From: Candidatus Micrarchaeia archaeon
Lineage (GTDB): Archaea > Micrarchaeota > Micrarchaeia > Anstonellales > J096
Assembly (NCBI GenBank): GCA_041500405.1
Contig: JBGQMB010000005.1
Span: 1-33,612, forward strand
Length of the DNA: 33,612 nt
Direction of reading: 5' to 3'
The notes under the pieces are model-generated. The model worked only from the letters and a program-made list of their open reading frames with translations. It ran no database searches and was not told where the DNA came from. Both the position numbers and the translations under genes were made by a program. Shown here in pieces: positions 9,266-17,941 of this stretch; position 1 is the first letter of the stretch, and every line of letters begins with the position of its first letter.

Positions 9266-12058
9266 CTATCCCTTGACTACGCCGAGCGGCCTTAGCTTCG
9301 CCACAATCCTGCTTATGCCGGCCAATTCAACGGACTTGACTATTTCGTCAATGTCCTTGTACGCGCCCGGCGCCTCCTCGGATGCCGCGGTCCTGGAATC
9401 TGACTTGAAGTAGATGTCATTTTTCGCAAGCTGCTTGACAACATTGTCGCTATTGAATTCCCTTATTGCGGCATGCCTGCTCAGCGCCCTTCCTGCGCCA
9501 TGGCACGTTGAGCCAAAGCTCACGTCAAGGCCCTTCTGCTCCCCGACCAAAACATAGCTTGCCGTTCCCATGGAGCCAGGTATTATGACAGGCTGGCCTG
9601 TTTTCCTGTACGCTGCCGGCAATTCCTCCCTTCCTGCAGGGAACGCCCTTGTCGCGCCTTTCCTATGGACAAGAACATTTGACTTTTTTCCATTGACATT
9701 GTGCTCCTCGTATTTCGCGATGTTGTGCGCAACGTCGTAAAGAAGCTCAAGCTCCGCATCCTTGAAAACCTTGCTGAATGCGGCCCTTACATTGTGGGTT
9801 ATCATCTGCCTGTTGACAAAAGCGAAGTTGACTGCGCATTTCATTGCTGAAATGTAATTGTCCGCAATATCGGTTCCCAGTTTCGCGTATGCCAGCTCCG
9901 GGTCCGGAATTCCCTCTGGCAGCCCTTCCTTCATTATCGCATTTATGTAATCGGAAGCTATCTGATGGCCGTATCCCCTTGAGCCTGTATGCACCATCAT
10001 CACTACCTGGTTCTCGAAAAGCCCGAAGCTTTTCGCTATCTCCGGGTATATTATTTTTTCCACATACTGGATTTCAAGGAAGTGATTTCCTGCGCCAAGC
10101 GTTCCGACCTGCCTTCTTCCCCTTGCCTTCGCAGTTGCGCTTATTTTTGAAACGTCCGCTCCGTCCATCCTTCCGTACTCCTCTATGCAGCCCTTCTCCT
10201 TTTTGTCGGCGTATCCCTTCTCTATTGCCCAGTCCACGCCAAGCTCCGCAAGAGAATCCAGCTCGTTAACAGACATCCTGTCCCTGCTCTCGCTTCCAAC
10301 TCCGCTTGGCACTTCCCTGAAAATTGACTCAACGATGTCGCGCTTCTTTGCCTCAATATCTTCCTTCTGCATCTCCGTCTTGAGAAGGCGGACCCCGCAG
10401 TTTGATACCAATATTCCGTTTCCTATAAACCGATGTATCCTCTCTATGCCAAAATCATATACCCGTCCGGAATATTTCTTTATGCCAATATCAAGAATTA
10501 TATCCTCAAATGCGCCATATCTTTTGTATATCTCTTTTTGATATTTTTCGAATTCATTAAAGCTTTGAACATTTAATGGCGCTCTTGGAGAAACGTTTTC
10601 ATAATATGCCCTTTCTACGAATCTGGGATTTGCCCATTTTGAAGCAAGCTTCTTTTGGGCATTTTTCAGGCTAATTCCGGCTTTTTTATATTCTTGTGCT
10701 TTTTTTCTTATTTCTTCCCTTTTTTGCCGATGCAGCCTCTTCATTCTTATGTAAAGAACAGCCGCAAGCGCTTTGAGCATCCTTTCCTTATTATACTCAA
10801 AACCTATTCTTGAATAAACTTTTTCTATATTTTTTTCGCTGCTGTCGAGCATAATCCTTAGTCTGATTTTTGATCTTATCTGTTCAACAAAGCTTACTTT
10901 TTTCGTTTTGATCCCAAACTCATCAAGCATTTTCGAGATGCTATTAAAAAATTGCCTAAGGTTTCCTTCTCTGGATTTTATCTTGTTTTGGCTGATTTGC
11001 GGCATATAAAACCCAGTTTTACTTGAAGTTTTTGGGGACGACATTTCTGCGCCAAAAAATGCGGCAAGATACAGCCTTTTTATCCACAGCGGCGCTTTCA
11101 TTATCCATTGGGGCACTTTAATATCCTTGTTTGTTTTTACTCCTTCCACACAGCCCAATTCCAGCATTTTTTCAGCAAACTCTTTGGAATATACCACAAG
11201 TTCGGATGCTGTTGATACAAATTTTTTTCCGCGTATGCTGTGTTTTCTGGTTCTTTCAAATATAGTTCCATGATATCCTAGCTTTTTTATATCCTTTAAT
11301 ATATCCTCAAGGTCATTCCTGTATTTGCTATAAAACGAGACTCTTCTTTTGCCATTGTTTGAGGATATGCTGCCGTCACCTGTGTTATATCCTATAAGTT
11401 TAGCGTAAATTGCCAAGTCATTCTCATTTTTGCAGTATTTCCTGTAAGGCGCCCCTTCAAAAGGATAGGACAATACTAGATCATTCCTTTTCAAATTTTT
11501 AGGCAGCTTCTTTCCATTTTTTGTGATAATCGGGTGATCCGGAGTGACTTCTATCTCTCCAGCCATCGTCATTATTTTGTATATCTTTCCAGAATATCTT
11601 TTATGCATGAAATGCGTCGCTTTTCCGCATTCCTTTCCGCTATTTATTCTTATATTTCCACCAAACAACAAAACCCCATTTTTTTCATGTTTTTTTGAAA
11701 AGCAGGGTTCATAATCTTCAATCTTCCTATAATATCCGTATTCGCTTATTATTCTTGTTTTTGAGACTAAGCAGTTAATGTCGTAGCCTACGCCGCCAGG
11801 CGAAACAATGCCTTCCTCCTTGTCAAAGGCGGCGACTCCGCCGATGGGGAAGCCGTAGCCCTCGTGGCCGTCGGGCATCAAAACGGCGTTCTTCACAATG
11901 CCCGGAAGCGATGCCATGTTCCTTAGCTGGCCGATTGTCCTGTCCTTGCTCATAGCGTCAACTAGCGGCTTTGTCCCTATTATTAATGCAGGCACCCTCA
12001 TTATGCCTTCCTTTTCCATGAGCCATGTCGCGTTGCCAATGTCCTTGAACTTGGGCAT
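9266..12058 (-). CDS. rtcB: tRNA-splicing ligase RtcB, intein-containing precursor
   Basis: MPDGHEGYGFPIGG, GVGYDIN|CGVR, GTLGAGNHFLE, HTGSRGYGH, HRKGAT, STCHGAGR, EEAPGAYK, LRPLGVVKG; ~472-aa exteins plus a 458-aa insertion. Confidence 0.97.
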   Translation of the reverse strand: MPKFKDIGNATWLMEKEGIMRVPALIIGTKPLVDAMSKDRTIGQLRNMASLPGIVKNAVLMPDGHEGYGFPIGGVAAFDKEEGIVSPGGVGYDINCLVSKTRIISEYGYYRKIEDYEPCFSKKHEKNGVLLFGGNIRINSGKECGKATHFMHKRYSGKIYKIMTMAGEIEVTPDHPIITKNGKKLPKNLKRNDLVLSYPFEGAPYRKYCKNENDLAIYAKLIGYNTGDGSISSNNGKRRVSFYSKYRNDLEDILKDIKKLGYHGTIFERTRKHSIRGKKFVSTASELVVYSKEFAEKMLELGCVEGVKTNKDIKVPQWIMKAPLWIKRLYLAAFFGAEMSSPKTSSKTGFYMPQISQNKIKSREGNLRQFFNSISKMLDEFGIKTKKVSFVEQIRSKIRLRIMLDSSEKNIEKVYSRIGFEYNKERMLKALAAVLYIRMKRLHRQKREEIRKKAQEYKKAGISLKNAQKKLASKWANPRFVERAYYENVSPRAPLNVQSFNEFEKYQKEIYKRYGAFEDIILDIGIKKYSGRVYDFGIERIHRFIGNGILVSNCGVRLLKTEMQKEDIEAKKRDIVESIFREVPSGVGSESRDRMSVNELDSLAELGVDWAIEKGYADKKEKGCIEEYGRMDGADVSKISATAKARGRRQVGTLGAGNHFLEIQYVEKIIYPEIAKSFGLFENQVVMMVHTGSRGYGHQIASDYINAIMKEGLPEGIPDPELAYAKLGTDIADNYISAMKCAVNFAFVNRQMITHNVRAAFSKVFKDAELELLYDVAHNIAKYEEHNVNGKKSNVLVHRKGATRAFPAGREELPAAYRKTGQPVIIPGSMGTASYVLVGEQKGLDVSFGSTCHGAGRALSRHAAIREFNSDNVVKQLAKNDIYFKSDSRTAASEEAPGAYKDIDEIVKSVELAGISRIVAKLRPLGVVKG
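10400..11773 (-). mobile_element. intein with LAGLIDADG homing endonuclease in rtcB
   Basis: Begins CLVSKTRI after GYDIN; block B IEVTPDHPI; LAGLIDADG-like LIGYNTGDGS and LAAFFGAEMS; block F/G VYDFGIERIHRFIGNGILVSN followed by extein Cys; visibly AT-rich against the flanks. Confidence 0.95.
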
Positions 12059-12096
12059 GAAAACGTTTGGGTCATTGGCTTTTAAAAATAAGCCAC

Positions 12097-13572
12097 TCAG
12101 TCGTAGCTATAATCCATCGGCACTTCCAGGATGAAATTCTTGAAATAGGGAAGCTCCTTTCCGATATCTAGGACCGCTTCGCCGGCTACTTCCATGCCCT
12201 TGAGTTTGCTCTTGATTTTTATGAACTTGTCAATGCTTCTCCTTTGTTTATATTCATAGCATAAGAAATACAGCCGCCTTGCCATTGCCCTGGCGATTTT
12301 TTCCTTTACAGTGGGTTTCTTGTGCTCTTCCCTGTCGGCCTTGTCATCAGTGTCGCGCTCCTCTTTCCATATCTTTTCAAGCAAGGACTGCTGCAGGCTT
12401 TTGGTATAGCTGTTCAATGGGATTGATGCAATGAAACCCGCAAGGGTATAGATTGCGTTGTCCCTTTCCTGCACGCTATCTCCAGACCCGATAAACCCCC
12501 ACATACTACCGTACTTTTTGATTTCCGGAAGAATGCTTTTCCCTTCCAAAAAGTCTTTGATGGGATCACTAAGCGAACTGGAGTGGTATCCACTGAACCC
12601 AATCCCAAATGGCCTTGCGAAGTCGCTGAACGACTCTTTTCCAGGCCCGTCGTCCATCATCAGTTCATGGCTCATTATAAACCCGCCCGCAACGTACATG
12701 TCAACCTCAATCTGGTGCGATTCCGCATAAAGAATTGGGAACTTTCCTGTTTTTTCATGGAATTTCTGGCTTGCCGTCTCGCATGTCTCAAGGAAATGCC
12801 GCGAATATTTCGTCACCGGGTATGTCATAACCTGCGAAAGCTTTTCCTTGATTTTCCAGAGCTCCCATTCCGCATAGCTGTCAAGGAATCCCCTTGTCGT
12901 GCCCATTCTCTTTTTGTTTTGTATATGCGATACTGGGCCAAACAGCGTGAAATCAGGCATTGCGATGCATACGGACTTGAACGTGTCCCTTTCCCCGTCC
13001 ATGGTTGGTATGACATGCAGCATCGCGTCATATCCGGATTGCTTTGCGGCCTCCAATATACTCTTTGCGCTTGTCGCGCTTTTCACAAACTCCTCCAGGC
13101 CGGCGCCGTCGCCATTAATTATATAAATTTCGCCTCCTGGCACAAGCACCCTTTCCAATTCTTTCAGCAACGCAATTGGATTTTCAAGGTACTGCCAAAC
13201 GCTTATCATGGTTGCTGAGTCAAAAGAACAGTCCTTGAACGGAAGATGAAAGCCTTTGGCCACAAAATCCAGGTTGTACTGCGCCTTTTTCCGCGCCTCG
13301 TTGTATTTCAGGCACACTGTTGAGATGTCTATGGCTGTTGAGTTTGGGTATGACTGGTACCAGCCCCCGCCGATTTCCAGGTTCCTTGGCCCCGCCCTTT
13401 TTGAAAGGAAGAAATTGACGAGCCTTTTCTGCTCCTCAACAAAATAGGTCCACTGGTATTCGCCATGGCGGTCCCATTCTGTCTCTATCCTTTCTGTTTC
13501 AAACTTAAACTTGGAAAGGTCTGTTTTACTCGCTGGCACACCCTCTTTCTTGGTTATTGTTTGCACAACCAT
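12097..13572 (-). CDS. class I SAM-dependent methyltransferase domain fused to an unknown ~280-aa C-terminal region
   Basis: NLEIGGG, AIDIS, LPFKDCSFDSATMISVWQYL, ELERVLVPGG. ATG 13572 preferred (TTTAAA upstream). Confidence 0.8.
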   Translation of the reverse strand: MVVQTITKKEGVPASKTDLSKFKFETERIETEWDRHGEYQWTYFVEEQKRLVNFFLSKRAGPRNLEIGGGWYQSYPNSTAIDISTVCLKYNEARKKAQYNLDFVAKGFHLPFKDCSFDSATMISVWQYLENPIALLKELERVLVPGGEIYIINGDGAGLEEFVKSATSAKSILEAAKQSGYDAMLHVIPTMDGERDTFKSVCIAMPDFTLFGPVSHIQNKKRMGTTRGFLDSYAEWELWKIKEKLSQVMTYPVTKYSRHFLETCETASQKFHEKTGKFPILYAESHQIEVDMYVAGGFIMSHELMMDDGPGKESFSDFARPFGIGFSGYHSSSLSDPIKDFLEGKSILPEIKKYGSMWGFIGSGDSVQERDNAIYTLAGFIASIPLNSYTKSLQQSLLEKIWKEERDTDDKADREEHKKPTVKEKIARAMARRLYFLCYEYKQRRSIDKFIKIKSKLKGMEVAGEAVLDIGKELPYFKNFILEVPMDYSYD

Positions 13573-13614
13573 TATGTCAAAGGAACTACTTAAAAACACA
13601 TCTTTAAACACTAA

Positions 13615-14208
13615 TTATCCTTTAAAATGTGCCAAGTGTTCCTGTATAGCCTTGCCTGCGCCGTTCCTTGAAAGCTTGAGCGCAGTCATAAAATTCTTAT
13701 CTTTCAGGCGCGGGTTCGCCTTATGCTCCAGCAAGACCGTGCAAACCTCCGGATAACCGAACTGCGCGGCATACATGAGGGCAGTTGTTTTGTACCTGTC
13801 TGTTGCGTTCGGGTTAGCGCCTTTTTCCAACAGAAGGGCGCAAACGTCCTTTTTGCCGTGCTTTGCCGCGGTTATAAGCGCGGTCTCCAATGTCCCAAGC
13901 CCGACATCGATGTTTATCCATTTTGCCTCTATATCTGCGCCTTTTTTGATTAACAGCCTACATAGATCGATGTTTCCCTCTTCAGCCGCTATCATAAGTG
14001 CCGTGCTGCCGTCTATGTCCCTTGCGTTTGCGCTAGCGCCCTTGGACATTGCCTTGACTATGTCATTTATGTCATTGCCGCGCACTGCGGCGATAAGCCT
14101 GCTGTTCTGCTCGCGCTTCTCCGGGCTTTCAAGAAGAGGTTCGCTGCTGGAAAGAGACGCGCCTTTTCCGCGCCCTTCCGCTTTTTTTATATATGCTTTG
14201 CTAAACAT
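13615..14208 (-). CDS. ankyrin repeat protein
   Basis: Repeats DGSTALMIAAEEGNIDLCRLLIKKGAD, ETALITAAKHGKKDVCALLLEKGANPN, TTALMYAAQFGYPEVCTVLLEHKANP. Confidence 0.93.
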   Translation of the reverse strand: MFSKAYIKKAEGRGKGASLSSSEPLLESPEKREQNSRLIAAVRGNDINDIVKAMSKGASANARDIDGSTALMIAAEEGNIDLCRLLIKKGADIEAKWINIDVGLGTLETALITAAKHGKKDVCALLLEKGANPNATDRYKTTALMYAAQFGYPEVCTVLLEHKANPRLKDKNFMTALKLSRNGAGKAIQEHLAHFKG

Positions 14209-14316
14209 TAAAAATTAGTTATGACTGGAAGGCTTTTTAAGCTTCTCGCCCATTCTATTTTATGCCTCTAAAACCTTCGAAATTCATCTGGCTGGATTAT
14301 ATTAATAGGTGAAACC

Positions 14317-14520
14317 ATGGAAAGGCCTGATATTGGGAAGCCGGCGTTCGGGCCGGAAATTGGGATGCGGCTTGTGGCAAGGACGCAGGGCATAGAAGAG
14401 GCAAACAGGATAGCCGAGCAGTACGAATTGGAAGGCTATGAAACCCGGGTAATAAAGAAGAAACAGGGCGCTCTCGCGCTCTACGAGGTATGGGCGGGCA
14501 AGAGCGAGATAAAGGCATAA
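14317..14520 (+). CDS. small hypothetical protein
   Basis: Strong GGTGA RBS before the ATG; compact beta-alpha-beta-beta pattern; same strand as the downstream genes. Confidence 0.7.
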   Translation: MERPDIGKPAFGPEIGMRLVARTQGIEEANRIAEQYELEGYETRVIKKKQGALALYEVWAGKSEIKA

Positions 14521-14551
14521 TAATATAATTTCTCCTGTTTCAGAACCAACC

Positions 14552-14911
14552 ATGAAAGCCATCATCGCGTTGCTTGTTCTTGGAATCCTTATGGCCGGAT
14601 GCGCACAGCAGTTTGCCAACAGCATCGTTACGTCGCCGAATGCGCCAAACCAAACCTCAGCTGGCGCGGCAAACGCAACGGTTCATATAAAGAACTTCGC
14701 GTTCAACCCTGCAAACCTGACAATAAACAAAGGGGAGACCGTTGTCTGGATTAATGACGACAGCGCTCCGCACCTTGTCAAATTCCCGGATTTCCAGTCC
14801 GGAACGCTTGGCACCGGCGATTCCTATGAGCACACATTCGGCACGCAAGGCGAATTTGAATATGCATGCGGAATCCACCCGTCCATGCGCGGCAAGGTGA
14901 TTGTCAAATGA
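14552..14911 (+). CDS. blue-copper (cupredoxin; plastocyanin/amicyanin-like) lipoprotein
   Basis: Lipobox LMAG|C; FAFNPANLTINKGETVVWIN; ligands PH...YACGIHPSMRG (H, C, H, M). Confidence 0.92.
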   Translation: MKAIIALLVLGILMAGCAQQFANSIVTSPNAPNQTSAGAANATVHIKNFAFNPANLTINKGETVVWINDDSAPHLVKFPDFQSGTLGTGDSYEHTFGTQGEFEYACGIHPSMRGKVIVK

Positions 14912-15141
14912 TAAGGGACCTTGCATACGGCACGATGATACTGGGCAAGCCGCTGGTGCTGTGGCTCGGTCTTCTTGCGCTGCTGCTGTTCCTCAGCGCC
15001 GCAGCCGTAATGCTCTTGACGTTGTATGCAAAGAAGAAAATCCCGTTCGGATGGCACAAGAGGCTCGCGCTTGCGGGCCTATGCGTTGCGCTTATACACA
15101 TGATCCTTGCGCTTTCCGCATACGTTGACCTTGGCATATAA
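14908..15141 (+). CDS. small two-TM membrane protein with two His (possible heme b ligands)
   Basis: ATGA overlap with the cupredoxin stop; WH...IH His pair 14 residues apart in the second helix. Confidence 0.75.
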   Translation: MIRDLAYGTMILGKPLVLWLGLLALLLFLSAAAVMLLTLYAKKKIPFGWHKRLALAGLCVALIHMILALSAYVDLGI

Positions 15142-15179
15142 AAGCAGGTTTTTAAAGCATATATCATAATCAATTGATT

Positions 15180-15689
15180 ATGGACGAGAAGGCCATATTG
15201 AAGAGGATTGACGAGATAGTCGAGAAAGGCGGCATTGTTGCCGACATCTTCAACCATTTTCACGAGAACGACACTGAAAAGCTCAAGAACGCGGCAGTCG
15301 CCTTCGCAACTGAAGTGAAAAAGGAGGATGGCGTCATTTTCTCGCTCAGCGAGATAGCCGCTCCGGAAAAGCAGGGCGACGAATACACTACCTATGTCCA
15401 GACAAGGGTGGTCACCAGGAACATCAAGGCAATCGCCAACATCATGATGAAATATACGCCGGTCGGAATGGAGATTGTCAGGCCCGACAGGATAGTGGTT
15501 CCGGCAATGGAGCTCAGGGACTCCATGATGGCTGTCGCAAACAACCTCTTTGACCTGAGGAATTACATGTTCAGGAAGGTCATGACGCCGGAGGAAAAGG
15601 CGAAGATTGCGGCATACGTTAGCAAGAAAATGGATGAGGCGGAAAAGCTGAGAAAGGAGGGCGAAAACAATGGCGATTCAAAGGGTTAA
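15180..15689 (+). CDS. conserved hypothetical protein
   Basis: Globular alpha/beta ORF (MMKYTPVGMEIVRP); overlaps the KaiC-like gene, whose GGAGG RBS lies in its 3' end; TTTTTAAA upstream. Confidence 0.75.
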   Translation: MDEKAILKRIDEIVEKGGIVADIFNHFHENDTEKLKNAAVAFATEVKKEDGVIFSLSEIAAPEKQGDEYTTYVQTRVVTRNIKAIANIMMKYTPVGMEIVRPDRIVVPAMELRDSMMAVANNLFDLRNYMFRKVMTPEEKAKIAAYVSKKMDEAEKLRKEGENNGDSKG

Positions 15690-16353
15690 GACTGGATTGG
15701 GCAAGCTGGACACCATGCTTGGAGGGGGGCTTCTGAAGGGCTCCATAACCACGGTCAGCGGGCCTACCGGAAGCGGCAAGAGCATACTTGGATTGCAGTT
15801 CCTGATAAGCGGCATAAAGACAGCCGGGGAGCCGGGCCTTTACATAGCCATAGAGGAAAGCAAGAGCACGCTTTACAGGAACATGGCCAGCCTGGGCTGG
15901 GACATAAAGCAGTACGAAAGCTCGAACCAGCTGGTTGTGATAGACTTCCCGTTCCACGAGGTGGACCAATTGCTTGACAACAGGAATCCCCTGAAAGAGC
16001 TCATAGACAGGTTCGGGATTGAAAGGGTTGTCATTGACTCCGTGATGCCGGTCGCGGCCAAGTTCCAAAACGATGGCGAAAGGAACAAGGGATTCATGAA
16101 GATGATTGAGAACGCCAGGGAATGGGACACCACAACGCTGATAATGACGAACGACATCAAGGCGACAACGGACCAGATAATGCCGCAGACCGAGTTCGGC
16201 GTGGAGAGGTTCACGGACGGATGGATACACTTATACTACCTGTTCAAGGCCAACCAAAGGAAAAGGATGCTTGAGATAGTGAAGATGAAGGGCGCAGAGC
16301 ACGAAACAGGCATGCTGCCGTTCACCATAGGCAAGAACGGGATTTTGCTCTAG
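15670..16353 (+). CDS. KaiC-like / RAD55-family single-domain ATPase
   Basis: RVKTGLGKLDTMLGGG, Walker A GPTGSGKS, YIAIEES, RVVIDS, RMLEIVKMKG. Confidence 0.93.
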   Translation: MAIQRVKTGLGKLDTMLGGGLLKGSITTVSGPTGSGKSILGLQFLISGIKTAGEPGLYIAIEESKSTLYRNMASLGWDIKQYESSNQLVVIDFPFHEVDQLLDNRNPLKELIDRFGIERVVIDSVMPVAAKFQNDGERNKGFMKMIENAREWDTTTLIMTNDIKATTDQIMPQTEFGVERFTDGWIHLYYLFKANQRKRMLEIVKMKGAEHETGMLPFTIGKNGILL

Positions 16354-17888
16354 GCAGAGAACAGTTCCCTCTTTATTGCTTCCTCGTTTATCGGAAGGTC
16401 TATGCCCAGGACATCCCTTATCAGCTTGAATATCTCTATTATCTTCGCCGGGTCCTTTTCCGATATCAGTTCCGCTATCTTCTTCAGCGGTATCTCCTTG
16501 TCAATGACCTCGTAGAATATGACGCCCTTCTTTCCGTACCTCTTGTACATGATGTAGGCGTCGTAGCCGAACTCCTTCCTTATCTCGTCCCTTTGCATGA
16601 AGCTAAGGTCCAAATAGTTTTCCGCTTTCAGGTATGCGAGAATCGCCTCAACATTGTTTATGGGCGCATTTAGCCTTATCACAAGGTGCACGGCGTTTGC
16701 CTCCTTCCTTGACTCAAGGTATTCCAGCACTTCCCTTCCGGACTTGCCGAATTTGAAAACGACCGACATCTTTATCTTCATTTTTGATATGAACGCGGCG
16801 CCCGGCTTGAGCTTCGCCATCCTTACGCCCTCTTTCTGCTCGTCTATTGTGATGGGCGACGCTTCCGTGTCCTCCGAAAGCGGGGCGAATTTCTCCTCCT
16901 GGGTCTCGGCCGCGGCAGTTGTTCCTTTTTCCGTCCCGCCCGCCGCTCCGCCAAGGCTTATGAGCCCGACCTCGTCAAGGTATTTCAATACTTCCATGAC
17001 CTTGTCCTGCGAAGTGCCGGATTCCTTTGCCACTTCTGCCACGCTTCTCTTGCCGTCTATTAGCCTGAATATCAATACGCCCTGCTCGCCATACTTGTCA
17101 TGCACTATCATTTCGGCCGGCGTGAGGCTCGGGCCCTTCTCTTCTTCAGTTGTTTCCTCCTGCTCGGATGTTATCTCCTCTGAAGGCGCCTCTTCCGGCG
17201 CTGCTTCCTCTTCCGGCTTTTCCTGTTCCGGCGCCTCTTCAGCAGGTGCTTCCTCCTCTGCAGGCTTTTCCTCCTCTTCCTCTTTTTTCTGCGGAAGGTA
17301 GCGCCTCTTGGGCTGCTCTTCCTCTGGCGCCTCTTCAGCAGGTGCTTCCTCCTCTGCAGGCTTTTCCTCTTCAACCTCGGGGGCGATTTCTTCCTCTTCT
17401 TTTTTCTGCGGAAGGTAGCGCCTCTTGGGCTGCTCTTCTTCCGGTGCCTCTTCAGCAGGTGCTTCCTCCTCTGCCGGCTTTTCTTCTTCTTCGTAAGCAG
17501 GAACTATTTCAACATTCTCCTCCTCTTCCTCCTTCTTTTCAGGAAGCCTGCGCTTTCCAGCTTTCGGCGCGCTGGGCGCGATTTCCTCTTCCGGCTTTTC
17601 CTCTTCAGCTTCAGGGGCGATTTCCTCCTTTGGCGCCGCCCTTGGCTTTCCGGCAGGGACCCCTTCTGCAAGCTCAATGAGCCCGTTGTCAATCATGAAC
17701 TCCATTATTGAATTGCGCGACTGCTCATCGTCTATGAGCTTTTTTATCTGCTCCTCGTCAACCGGGGCTCCCGTGCGCGGAAACGCAGTGTAAAGCATGA
17801 GCGCCTTCTTTCCAAAAGTCTTGATTATTTTTGTGTGCCACTTGAATTCCTCTATCGACTTCATGGGGATACGCTTATACTGCGCCAT
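16350..17888 (-). CDS. multi-winged-helix protein with an acidic Glu/Pro/Ala repeat linker
   Basis: Four related K[FY]G..G/A units, clearest in KYGEQGVLIFRLIDGKRSVAEVAKESGTSQDKVMEVLKYLDEVGLISL; ~170-aa low-complexity linker. Confidence 0.8.
   Translation of the reverse strand: MAQYKRIPMKSIEEFKWHTKIIKTFGKKALMLYTAFPRTGAPVDEEQIKKLIDDEQSRNSIMEFMIDNGLIELAEGVPAGKPRAAPKEEIAPEAEEEKPEEEIAPSAPKAGKRRLPEKKEEEEENVEIVPAYEEEEKPAEEEAPAEEAPEEEQPKRRYLPQKKEEEEIAPEVEEEKPAEEEAPAEEAPEEEQPKRRYLPQKKEEEEEKPAEEEAPAEEAPEQEKPEEEAAPEEAPSEEITSEQEETTEEEKGPSLTPAEMIVHDKYGEQGVLIFRLIDGKRSVAEVAKESGTSQDKVMEVLKYLDEVGLISLGGAAGGTEKGTTAAAETQEEKFAPLSEDTEASPITIDEQKEGVRMAKLKPGAAFISKMKIKMSVVFKFGKSGREVLEYLESRKEANAVHLVIRLNAPINNVEAILAYLKAENYLDLSFMQRDEIRKEFGYDAYIMYKRYGKKGVIFYEVIDKEIPLKKIAELISEKDPAKIIEIFKLIRDVLGIDLPINEEAIKRELFSA
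17229..17492 (-). repeat. intragenic tandem duplication (about 2.5 copies of ~96-117 nt)
   Basis: Near-identical GCCTCTTCAGCAGGTGCTTCCTCCTCTGC occurs three times and TCTTTTTTCTGCGGAAGGTAGCGCCTCTTGGGCTGCTCTTC twice; encodes EEEKPAEEEAPAEEAPEEEQPKRRYLPQKKEEEE. Confidence 0.9.
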
Positions 17889-17941
17889 AGTTTTAGATAA
17901 CAGCGAAAGCCTTTTAAAAGTGCTATTTAAACAAACATTCT
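17889..17941. promoter_or_regulatory. divergent promoter region with TATA-like boxes
   Basis: 53-bp gap between divergent ATGs containing the palindrome CTTTTAAAAG (17911-17920) and TATTTAAA. Confidence 0.6.

Noticed and set aside
15670..16353. True circadian KaiC or RadA/RadB
   Set aside because: Single domain without the duplicated CI/CII arrangement and no kaiB nearby; motifs fit the archaeal KaiC-like family rather than recombinases.
17229..17492. Direct repeats as a CRISPR array
   Set aside because: In-frame coding duplications without unique spacers; no cas genes.
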